A stretch of DNA of 64,000 bases. Source: Yuukianura sp. NJ FZ-2021 (taxonomy: Eukaryota). Positions 29,091 through 40,070 of the stretch are shown piece by piece. Under the pieces are notes generated by a model. That model did not search any database. It was not told where the DNA came from and saw only the letters and a list, made by a program, of their open reading frames with translations. A program made the translations under genes and the position numbers. Position 1 is the first letter of the stretch; each line of letters opens with the position of its first letter. Location of the stretch: positions 4,092,001 to 4,156,000 of the forward strand of contig CM102286.1 of assembly GCA_046563655.1 (NCBI GenBank), read 5' to 3'.

Positions 29091-32000
29091 TTCGCTTTCC
29101 CTCATATAACTCCTTTTCCAATCAGATTTCCAATTTGTTCTGGAAGAACGTGGGAAAGCACAATTGGAAACTAACAGCAGGACCACTAGTGCTTTTGTCG
29201 ACGAATACTTCAAAATTTTGCGTAGAAAGTGCGAATTCAAGGAACTCAATAACAAGGTTCTATATTTGGAAGAAACCACGTTTCTAGTTTCCCGAAACAC
29301 CACCGAGGAGAAAGTTTGCCACCAAAAATCCAAAGAATTTCTCTTCGGTGAGGATATGAAACTTTTCACACAAAATATTAGTATGACTGTTGGAAATTTT
29401 CAATAATTTTTTAATTAAAATCATAAAATGCTAGACCTAGTGCGCGTTTTGGTTGAAAGGTGAAAAGGAAATTGAAAATTCGGCTACTGTGGGTCGCTGA
29501 TCCGGAAATTTTTAGTGGTGCACGCAGTACTACCAATTCTTAGAAAAAAAAGTTGAAAGGAGTGCTGTTTTTTTCAAAAACTGCAAAAGTAAAAGAAATG
29601 GTTGGGTAGTTTTCTTGACTTTCCCCGAATCAGCATTCATTGGCTAGTTTTATGGGCTCAGGAAGAGGGTGCGGCAATTTGACTCCATTGTTCTCACTTC
29701 TCTAAAATGATCTCTATAAAACTTTATGTAAAATACTCTCCACGGACATGTATGTGTGCTAAGATGTTCAAGCAGCGCCTTCTACAACTCTAAAAACTTT
29801 CTTGAAAACAAAACCATTTGGTTTTGTTGTGAGTGTGACTAAAATTGCCTTACTTGTGGTGTCGGCTGCAACCGGAAGCAAAGTTCAAACTAATTCTGCT
29901 TAGTTTTTCAAAAAAGCGGAAGCTCGGATAAGAAAAAAAACAGAACCTTCATCAATACTGCGGTGATACTTTTAATGCTTAAAATCAAGCAAAAATGAAT
30001 GTTTTCAAAATTTGTAACAGTATTCTAAATCAGTTGTGCTTTTTTTGAGAAAAGCGAAGAATTTATTTTTAACAGAAGTGAAAGGAGCAGCAAAAGTGTT
30101 TGGAAATACTTAAAATTATGTGGGATACCTCTGGAAATTGGTCCCTTTTAGATTTGTTTTTCCCCTCCCGGGGTTTAGTTTTGAAAATCGAGTAAAGACT
30201 AGAGGTACTTAAAATCAGTTTATGGACTGGAAACGGGAATTTGAAAGTCAGTAATCAAGAGTGAGCGGAGTCTCATCCAATCAACTTGAGGCCGATGAAA
30301 CAGTCGATTAAGTCAGGGAAATGATTCCACTTCCAATTGTTCTCTTTAAGAAGACTTTGGACCAACTTTGGGAAGACTTTCTCCATAAAGTCCTTGTTAT
30401 TTGCCATTATGATCACAAGGAATAAATGTCCAAGTCAGAACAGCACAAAAGACTTTATTTCACTCCTTCCATGGCTTCTAGTGTGCGCCTGCTTTAAAAC
30501 ACTTTCTTTACAAAGTTTTAAAAACCTCAAATTTTAAATTCAACTTTTCACTAGAAAATATTTTTGGATAAAGTCTTGGCCAGTTTAAAATGAAGTTTTC
30601 AATATTCAGAAACTGAAAGGTTTCAAAATCCATGTCGCGAAGAATGAATTGCAAAGTTTAGCTTTAGATGTTGAAGTGGAAACTTATTTCAATCGGGGAA
30701 TCACTTTGGAAATAATAGAAAGACGTTATTTCTGGGTTGCGTTGAAGGGCCGGACAGAAACTGGTGGAATGATTAATGATACTTTGAGAGCTCCAATATT
30801 GGAAAGTCTTTCCATAAATCATCGCAAAATTTCGGACAGTAAGTCACTCAATCTGTTTACCCGAAATGGAAAAAAATAATAAGTAAAGTGTGATGTGATG
30901 TAAATCTGTCAAGAGGAAAGGCAGGCAGTAAGTGACGCTCAACTTCAAATCACAGCGGGAATTTTTTCAAAGCCTAACAACTTTGAATTTCAAAAATGCT
31001 GATCATGGGGTTTAGTTCATAGATGGGCATCATTTGTAGCATGTAAGGCTTTAGAGCAGTTACATTCTGCGAAAGATTAATTTTAGTAGGATATATTAAT
31101 TTTGCCTACCGAAACTTGTTAGTCGAATTTGAAGGGAGAAAGTCCTTAGGTTGTATGTGTTGATTTGAGTGTGCAGTGAAAGCATATTGCTAAATTACAT
31201 AAGACTCTTCTGTACACAGACAAATTTTCTGGTGGTTTCATCAAAGCTAACAAAATCAGTAAATCAGGATAGAAAGCTCATCAGAAAATTCAACGATGCT
31301 TAAACCTACTAATCTCATCAGCTAACTCGTCTGCTGCCTACCACACGGAACCGCATCACGACTCGTCTGCTTACTCTCTGTAAAGTTTTCTAATTCAGCA
31401 GCTATTTAGGACTAAGTCTAGGACTTGTAACGTTATTTGCTCACATAAAAAATATGAAATCCTTGCACAATGTATTAATACTGAATCAATAATTTTCAGT
31501 AAAGAATGGAATTCAACATTTACTTTGGCTGGAGGACGCAGACAGTGAGCAGGACAAATAGTTTGATTAATTTTCACAGCAAGATGATGAAAACAAGAGG
31601 TTTAATTAAGCAGAGCCAGGCAAAGCAAACAAACACCTACGACGTTGGGTAGCTTCATCATGTCAAATGAATATTTGATTTCTAAAAGTGAATTTTTTAT
31701 TCGAAGTTAGGAACGCACTTTCACTTTCCGGAGTTTCTGCCATCTTTTGAGTTTGCCAGCAAAAAAGTCGGAAAGAGAAAGCACTACACTTTCAATTGCT
31801 CAAACTGCTCCGAGAGTGTAAAAAAAAGTAAGTAAAGTAAGTACATAAAAGATGTCAATGCTTGTTGAAAAGTATTTTTTTCTACTCGCAATAACTTCAA
31901 TCACGTTTTTAGGTAAAATCATACAAGCGGTGCCCAACTTCTGTCTCTTTTGACCTGATCTTGGTCTGAAATCTGAAACATTTTATTTGCAGACACAAAA

Positions 32001-32187
32001 CCTGAAACTTTTGCTGTGGAAGAATTGGGTTTCTCTTAATATATTTAAAGTTCATTTTTGAAAAACAGACAATGGGTGATTGACACTTCGGGTTATGAAA
32101 TCATGTCGATAAGATGAAACGATAAGTACTATGCAAGTTATCAAGAAAACAGTTTTTTGAACTGACAGTATATTTTTTGTTTAAAAA

Positions 32188-34706
32188 ATGGATTTGTTCA
32201 ACTTTGTCTTAGGTTCGGTGACGCTTCTCGTAAATTTGTATGCAGATCAATATCAAAAGGAAGACCTTGAACTCACCTTGAAGGAACTTGAAAATGACGC
32301 TGGAATTGTAAAAATTAAAACATACGACTACATCATTGGTATTTAAACTTGATCAACTTGTTTTAAATCTCTTTTACTTCACAACATATTTAGTGTAAAA
32401 CTTATCTGAACTAAAACCCATATTCTTAAATTACTCTATCTGTATGTATTTGCGGGTTGAAGTTGGAGGCGGCGGCGCAGGATGCGTTTTAGCAAAACGC
32501 TTGTCCAAAATACATAATGTCTTGCTACTGGAAGCCGGTGGCGACCCCGTCCCACCGACGGATGCTTTGGTGTATTACGCAGAATATTCGACCAATCCAC
32601 GAATCAACTATGCTTACCCAACAGTACGATCGGATAAAGCGGGTTTAGCACGCGGAGGTGTTGGTGAACATTAAAACTTTTCCAAACAAATATGTTCAAT
32701 GTGTCCAAATATGTTTAAACGATGTTTCTTTGTTTAGGTGTTTGTAGAGCACACGGGAAAAATGCTGGGCGGCTCCATGTCCCACAATGGGTTAGTATTC
32801 AACCGCGGTCATCCAATGGACTTCGAAAAATGGGCGGAAATCACAAACGATTCGTCGTGGCGCTATGAAAATGTTTTGAAGTATTTCAAGAAGGCTGAAA
32901 AGTATATTGGGAAATATGACAGTATATGTAAGAATTTGAGTGGTAACAGATTACAAAACATTGTAGTTAAACATGCTGATTTAATGAATTTGTGTTAGAC
33001 GATAGAACACAACACGGATTTCATGGTCCAATGACAATTGATACTGCCGTAGCACCGTTACTTCCAATTTGGCTCAAAGCAGGTTCAGAACTTGGTTTCA
33101 ACACGAGTTATGATCCGAATAAACCTCAACAAGAAGGTGGCCAAACTGAATTTTGATATAAAATTGCAATTTTTCTACAAATTTTGAAAATTCTAAAACA
33201 GGATTTGTGGCTGAGGCTGTGTCACAACGTCGAGGACGCCGAGTGAGTACCTACACAGCTTATATCAAAGGAGGTTCAGCAGATGACTTACCACTCATTC
33301 CAAAATTAGGAAAGTTAAAAATTGAAAGATACTCGGTTGTTTCTGAGGTAATTTTGTTTCATTTTCAAACACATTTATAAAAAGTCAGAAGGATATGATA
33401 TACATAATATTTTGTTTTCAGATTCTTATTAAGAAGGGTGAAGCCTACGGCGCTTTGTACAGAAGACATGGAATTCCACAAATCGCGCATGCTACTAAAC
33501 AAGTTATCATCAGCGCAGGAACAGTCGGAACACCAATACTTCTCATGAACTCTGGAATTGGACCTGCAAATGTACTTAAAGAAGCTGGGGTAAGCAGTAT
33601 TAGCTGGATTTGGTGTTTTGTAGTTCCAAATTTCTGATAAGTAATTTACCAGATTCGCCCAGTGAAAGATCTTCCAGTAGGAATTGGAGTTGGCGAACAT
33701 CCACTGGCCTTTCTGCCTCCTTACACAATCAACTCAAATGCAAAGCACTTGTTTATTAATTTGAAGAAACAATTAACTGAAGAAGTGTTGAATCAGTTTC
33801 ATGATGAAGGAAGGGGGCCCTTGGTTGTGTCACTTGACGGACAAGCCTTTGTGGTGTCATCGCAGGCAAAAGCACAAGGTGAATCCAATTGGCCTGACCT
33901 CCTCCTGCAAATCGGTCAACCAGTATATTTTTTTGATGGTCCACCATCTTACTTTCTGGGGATCTACTTAGCGAGGTCAAAAACAGTCAACACTGGAAGT
34001 GTGGGATTCAACACAGACGCTTACAAACGTGGTAAAAGCAGGACCAAATTTAAGTTCAATTACTAGTTTAGCATTTTAAAAAATATGAATTTTTCTAGGG
34101 CTAAGAGATAGTGAAAGTCTCGCAATTCTGGACATAAATGTGCTTTCGACGGATGCTGACGTCGAATTGCTTCTGGAAGGTTAAGTCCTTAGGTCAATAC
34201 AAATTACACAAATTTTTCAGTTTTGTTTTTCAATGCTTTAGGCATCAAGTTTTATTTGAAAATCTTGGAAGGAACTACTGCGTTTAGAAAGATTGGTCTC
34301 AAAATTCAGGATCCAAAAATACCAGGGTGCTCTGACTATAAGTTCCGAACGGACGAGTACTGGAAATGCTACATCCGTCAAACCGCTGGAATCAGCTACC
34401 ATTTGACAGCGGGATGTCGCTTGGGGTTTGGCACTCAAGATTCCGGTGCCGTACTGGATTCCAAATTCAAGTACTAGCTTACTAAAAGCAATCAAAGCTA
34501 CCTTCATTTAGCGTAGCATAAATTTTCACAGAACTACTCCAATTCATATTTTTTAAATGAAATTTTTTCCTAGTGTTCTGGGTGTAAGCGGATTGAAAGT
34601 AGTCGATGCTTCGGCAATGCCGTTAACCGTAAACGCCAACACTGCAGCGACTGTTGTGATGATGGCAGAGAAAGCCGCTGCAGAAATTTTGGGAACCTTC
34701 GACTAA
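32188..34706 (+). CDS. Glucose-methanol-choline (GMC) oxidoreductase / glucose dehydrogenase-like, multi-exon
   Basis: ATG at 32188; FAD-binding YDYII|VGGGGAGCVLAKRLS...LLLEAG, GKMLGGSMSHNGLVFNRG, VIISAGTVGTPILLMNSGIGP, active-site region SYHLTAGCRLG, C-terminal VVDASAMP...NANTAATVVMMAEKAA, stop TAA 34704-34706. Short GT-AG introns link the ORF-track fragments; some exon borders are approximate. Confidence 0.92.
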
Positions 34707-34892
34707 ACATTTTTCGAACCAACTTAAGTCCTTGATGAAACATTTGTAGTTGTCATTCGTATAATTTATTAAAAAATATTTTAATGTGAAATATAAAGCA
34801 AAAAGTGTCAAAAACGGCAATTCAAATATTAAACACCTACAAATACTAAATTCGATTCTTGTAAAGAACTGAACAATTTTGGGTTCACACAT

Positions 34893-37800
34893 TTAGAGCA
34901 ACTCAATTTCCAAATTTTCATAGGCCGATTTGAAATAATCGTGCAAAGTCGAAAACGCTGGACGACTTTTGGGTGCTGGATACCAACACTGGACCATTTG
35001 TGCGTAGCTGGAAAGAGAAAGTTAAAAATGAAAACTTTCGTATTTTCAAAATTTGTGTTAAAAAGTTTTATTAGGCAAACTCGCTCCACTTACATTTCGT
35101 CTGTCGCAAACTTGGGCTTGCTCATCCTCAGTCCATTTTCCAAATCAGTCACAAAATCAACGTTCCAGGAAAGCCCTGGAAATGGCATATCTCCCAAAGT
35201 AAATATTTCCCACAGCAGAACTCCGTAGGCCCAAACATCCGAGTATGTAGAAAATGTCATATTTTTTAAAGATTCAATGGCCATCCATCGCCAAGGGAGT
35301 GGCTCTTGACTTGACTTGACATATTGCGTGTACTCATACAAACGACGAGACAGGCCAAAATCTGAAATTTTTGCAACCCCTTCAGATGTCAGTAACACAT
35401 TTCTGGCAGCCAAGTCAGCATGGACAATCTACAACGAAAAAAAATACGTATAAGTTACACATTTTTAAAATTCATAAATTAAAAGCGTTTAATGGAAGAT
35501 TTTCACCTTTTTGGTTCCCAAGTAGTTCATTCCATTCGCAATTTCGTAAGCCCACCGCAGCAGGCTTGCCGTTGGAGGTTTTCGACCTGGGGCGTTGGCA
35601 TAGTCAATTGATTTCCTTCAAAATGAAACATTTTGCAAAATTATTGCAAAGTTAACGAGTCTGAAGTTTCTTTGGATACAAAATGTTTTGGTCTTACCAA
35701 ACATGATTGACGTATCTGTCTGAAAGTTCCTCGTTTTCCACATTGGTTTCATTTCCAGAGGTATCCACAACCACAAATGTTCTTGGAATTCCGCGTAAAT
35801 GACTCTCCAGACTTCCCATACCGCAACACTCGGAAGCAATGTACAAATGACCTACATATTTCCAAGAATTTGTGTTGAGACGGGATAATAATTATTAATC
35901 ACAATTACAATTAAGTCAGCGTAACGTAATTTCAGGCTTGGTTTCAGCATTTTAAACAAAACTTTTAATAAGAAAAGGTCTTACCATCTCTGAGGCCTTG
36001 CGTACTAGCTCCCACTAAGCGCAGAACATTTTCATGTCTTCCAATGTAGATCATGATTTTGATTTCAGCAAGAAGATTTTTTAGTTGCTTAGCAGTAGCA
36101 TTGGAATTCGGTCTCTTGAATGCAATGGGTTCATCCATTCCTTTAATTTTCCCTTTGTACACTGCACCAAATGCACCTTCTCCAAGAAGTTCAAGCTCAT
36201 CTAATTTCAAAAGTAAAGCATTGAATTAATGCAACGTAAAATTTTTTAGATCAAAACGTAGTTTTGAAGTAAAATTTTTAGTTATATTCTAAATACCTAT
36301 TTGAATTGAATCTGATGGCAATTCAAATGACTGATCGTAGGGAAGATCAAGAGCATTTTGTACTGTATCGTCGCTGTTTCCACCGCCAGTTTTTTTAACA
36401 CCGTCAAAAAATTCGCGAATTTCTTTTTCACTAAGTCTATCAATTTGTTTCTGTAACCACCAAGCAAGGCGTTAATTCACTTTCAAAAAATTTCCACTTC
36501 GTGCAAATTTTTTTTTGAAATTGCCGTTACCTTAGCCAGTTTCAATTTCCACAGGAGTACGCCAATGATTACCACGAGTACTGTAAGTATTATTCCAGCA
36601 AACGCGACAATCGAGAGTCCTTCGGATACTTCTGGTTCTAAAATTTAGAAAATTCAGACCATAATTCTTCAAATTTTCTTTCTAGACTATATACTGCTTC
36701 AAACTTTACCTGGAATTTTTTCTTTGATTGATTCAATGTTATCGTTATTCTCTAAATACCACCAGCCAAAATGTGATTCACCACCATTTGGGCCTTCTGG
36801 ATCCGTCAGATCCTTGGTGCTATTTGGATTTGTTCTCCATGGTTCGTCAAAAGCTCCGCGCATATAGACGCGTCGTTTCGTCTTGGACGTCCAAATATTC
36901 ATTTGTCTCCAGAATTTTTGTAAATTGCGTACGGTATTGTTAGAACCGAATCTGCTCACGCCTGCGCTAGGCCAACCCGTCTCCCATGTAACTTCTATGC
37001 TTGGATTGACTCTTTTGAATGCCGCTTCCTGTTCTAGCATCAACGTTCCAAGAGCAGTCACTGTAGCTTCAACTCCATTTCCAACTGCGTTTGCTGGTGG
37101 CATTAAGACGCAGATGAGAAAGTCCGAATTTTCAGCAATCCGTTGAATGTCACTTACTATTTCGCCTTGCGTTTCAGCATCTTTGTTGATTGATGGAGAT
37201 AAATTTTCAATTCTGAATAAAAGATTAACATCAAGTTCAATTTCAATTCAGTTTGATTTCAATTAGTTCAACTAAAGTAAAATTTTACCCTACTGCTGGA
37301 ACTTTCTTTTGCGTAATTTGTTCGCAAATATCCAATCGGATTCCAATTTTTAAACCTTGCGCATGAACCGTTGGACGAAATTCAAATAAAAATGTTGCGG
37401 CGTCTTTCCAACTGCGGTAGTAATCCATCCAGCTCAAACTCGTCAAAACCAATCCCCAAACAGTGTTTGGATAAATTTCATTTGCGATTCGGGCCGCATC
37501 TAGTCCGTTTTCAGCCTCTTTTTGAAAAAGATTGGAAGTACTGGAATGCCAAAATCCTTCGGCTAAGGTAATCAGAGGTTGGTTTGCTTCTGCGTTGATT
37601 TGAGCAGCAGCAACAGCAGTTAGGCCTTGAACGTCGCCAGTATTCCAGCTTTCGTTTGCACCTTTGATTAACCACATTCAAATTACTCTTCAATTCAATT
37701 TGGTAATGTAATTTTTTATTTCTAAAAAATGTTTAAGCTTACGTCCTGCACCCATACTATGCGTTGTCATATGTCCAAACTTTGTTGAAACAACACGTAA

Positions 37801-38063
37801 AAAGTACTTCACGTCCTCAAAGGTATAGTTTTTCCAATTTGGAATTGTGCCATCCTGGTTCCATCTCTTGATGTACGGAGTGAAAACTACGCCGGTATAT
37901 TCTCGATTGAATTCGTCCGATGTTGAATTTGTTGGCATAGATTCCTTTATTTAAAAGCAAATTTTTAAAATTTGATTAGAATTTTTTGATATTGAATTAA
38001 ACTTTTCGAAAGTCAGCTTACAGTTAAATGGACCAAGAGTAGTATTACGGCGTAAGTACGCAT
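34893..38063 (-). CDS. Receptor tyrosine kinase (PVR/VEGFR-like kinase domain) with GH17 glucanase-like ectodomain (~769 aa); exons 38063-38022, 37944-37743, 37661-37289, 37212-36710, 36637-36531, 36450-36297, 36200-35985, 35851-35698, 35615-35507, 35428-35094, 35007-34893
   Basis: Spliced 2310-nt frame without stops. Signal peptide MRTYAVILLLVHLT|ES; ectodomain motifs GVVFTPY, ETGWPSAG, AFDEPWR, ESHFGWW (GH17-like); TM LSIVAFAGIILTVLVVIIGVLLW; juxtamembrane LPYDQSFELP; kinase motifs LGEGAFG, AFK, EIKIM, HADLAARN, DFGLSR, LPWRWMAIES, SDVWAYG, CW..P..RP.F. Confidence 0.88.
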
Positions 38064-38186
38064 ATTGTACCCAAAATCCACTAATTAGTAATTTATTATG
38101 AATGTAAACTTCCACTGTCTTAAACTTTGTAGTAACGAAAAAGACGTAGAACGTTGAAGTGCTGATTAATTGTGAATGAAAAAGCA

Positions 38187-38250
38187 ATTTATCATCGAAA
38201 TCGACGTTGAAAACCAAAACGATGACGTACATTTTGTCAAAAAAATCCCC
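38187..38250 (-). promoter_or_regulatory. Candidate kappaB site (GGGGATTTTT, 38250-38241) and nearby GATA motif (TGATAA, ~38194-38189) upstream of the GH17-RTK start
   Basis: Motif match only, about 130-190 bp upstream of the ATG at 38063; short motifs can occur by chance. Confidence 0.3.
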
Positions 38251-40070
38251 GCTTTGTTCTAAGATTTTAGTTTCCTTTGGCGTTACTAAAAGTTTTCCGC
38301 AAGGGCCATTCCAGAATGCAGCCTTTTCCAGCCTGTTTTCCAGGAAATCTTTATTAATAAATTCACCATGAGGGAATTTACTTTTATATGCACTGGTTCT
38401 GTAGCTATTTACTAAACCCATTCTTGTAATTGTGACTCAAAGGTTTTTAAAAGCTGTAAATCCCAAATTAGCTAAGGCCATCAACCGAACTTTATTGGGA
38501 ATAACAATAGAATATACGAAGCAAAAAAAGTGTATTTTCTGACATCAATATTTTCATGTGAATCGAAAATTGGAAGCTGCTCGTCCGTTTTACCTTTCGA
38601 TAGTTGTTTATAAACATAGTTGTTTATAGTTAAGTCGAATTCAAAATTGTGTCTGCGATGTGCAATTTAAATCCAGACTTTGCTCTTTTTGCGCTCAAAT
38701 TATTTTTGGAAAACGCTAACCATTAATTGCATTTTGCATTGAAACACATGGTCATACTTGAGTGGTTTTTGAAATAAAATATTTGAGTACTTTTGCGAAA
38801 AAAATGCCAAGTTTATAAAAATGCTAAAAGGTTGTAGGAGAAACCCAAAAGAAAGTGCAAGTAGCAATGTCGCCGCTAGCTTTTAACTACCTAGATAGTA
38901 TAACAGAACGGTTTTGCGCAATAAACTTGAAGCCGAGTAAGGAAACAACAAGGTCAGAGGTCATTGGTCGTAAACTAAAATAGCGAAGGTACTGCATTAC
39001 TCTAGTCCTATTTAGCCTTGATTCGAACCCATAAAATCAAGGAAATGATTTCATAAACAAAGCAAAAACTAGTGACGCATTCGGCAACAAAGGAAAAACG
39101 TCGATTCTAAAAGGCGATTCCAGCAGTCTAGTCCCATTCTGGTACACATTAGAGTAAATTACAATTCAATATGCACATAACATGCACACAGGAATTTGCA
39201 AAGGCAACCTGCGTGCCTAAACAACGGACTCGATGACTTTGACCTTTGGCATTTTCGAGTATTTCGCCAGACAAGTTAAAATGTGAATTGCAATTTGGAG
39301 GCATCGTTTATATATTAGAGTCTCGCACAAAAAATGATGAATAACTGAAACCACATAATTGAGTATTACAGGCTCCAACACAAGAAAACTTGTTTTAAAA
39401 AACTTGAAGTCTTAATAAGTTACTTTACAATTCACACGCACGATGTTCACGTTTCCAAGCGTCCGACTGTCCAAAATTCCATTGCATCCTCCATAAGCTA
39501 CTCGAAAGTCAAAATTTAAGTTGACTTCAGTCGCTTACTTCTCGAGACAAAGTGAGCTTGAGACACGTTGAAAATGAAGGTTATTAGGAAACGTTGTACG
39601 TTGTACCAAGTAACCATATTATTTTTACTCGTGTTGTGACTCAAACCGATTGTATTCAAATGTAAATAAATACCTCGTGTATGAATCTTCTGACCCGTTA
39701 ATCACGGTTCAGCTGCAGCGAATCAAAACACACATCGAAATTTCATTTGTATAACAAACAGTTAACCTCAAGGGAGTGCATTGGGGTTGTTCAGTGCCAA
39801 AAGCTACTGTAGCACTGTACTACGGTTTGACGCTTCAGAGTTTTAAAAAACACTGAAGAAAAATCTGGTACTATTCAAAAGACGCCGACCTTTTAAGGAT
39901 TATTGAATACTTGAGACTTACTTCTCTTGTCATGGGTCAGAGAGATCACTTATGACAGATAATGAATTTATTTTGAGGCCTTCACTCAAAATAGAAGATT
40001 TCCAGAATCCGCAGATCCACGGTTTTTAGTTTCAAATAAGTGATTGGAGTGAACGAAAGAATTCGGACAG

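Noticed and set aside
36699..37938. Microbial contamination as the source of the GH17-like sequence
   Set aside because: It is interrupted by host-style spliceosomal introns, spliced in phase to a metazoan kinase and flanked by arthropod genes.
37951..38421. 156-aa ORF upstream of the GH17-RTK as its first exon
   Set aside because: No signal peptide or motifs; a different frame (ATG 38063, MRTYAVILLLVHLT|GTAAG) gives a clean signal peptide that splices in phase.
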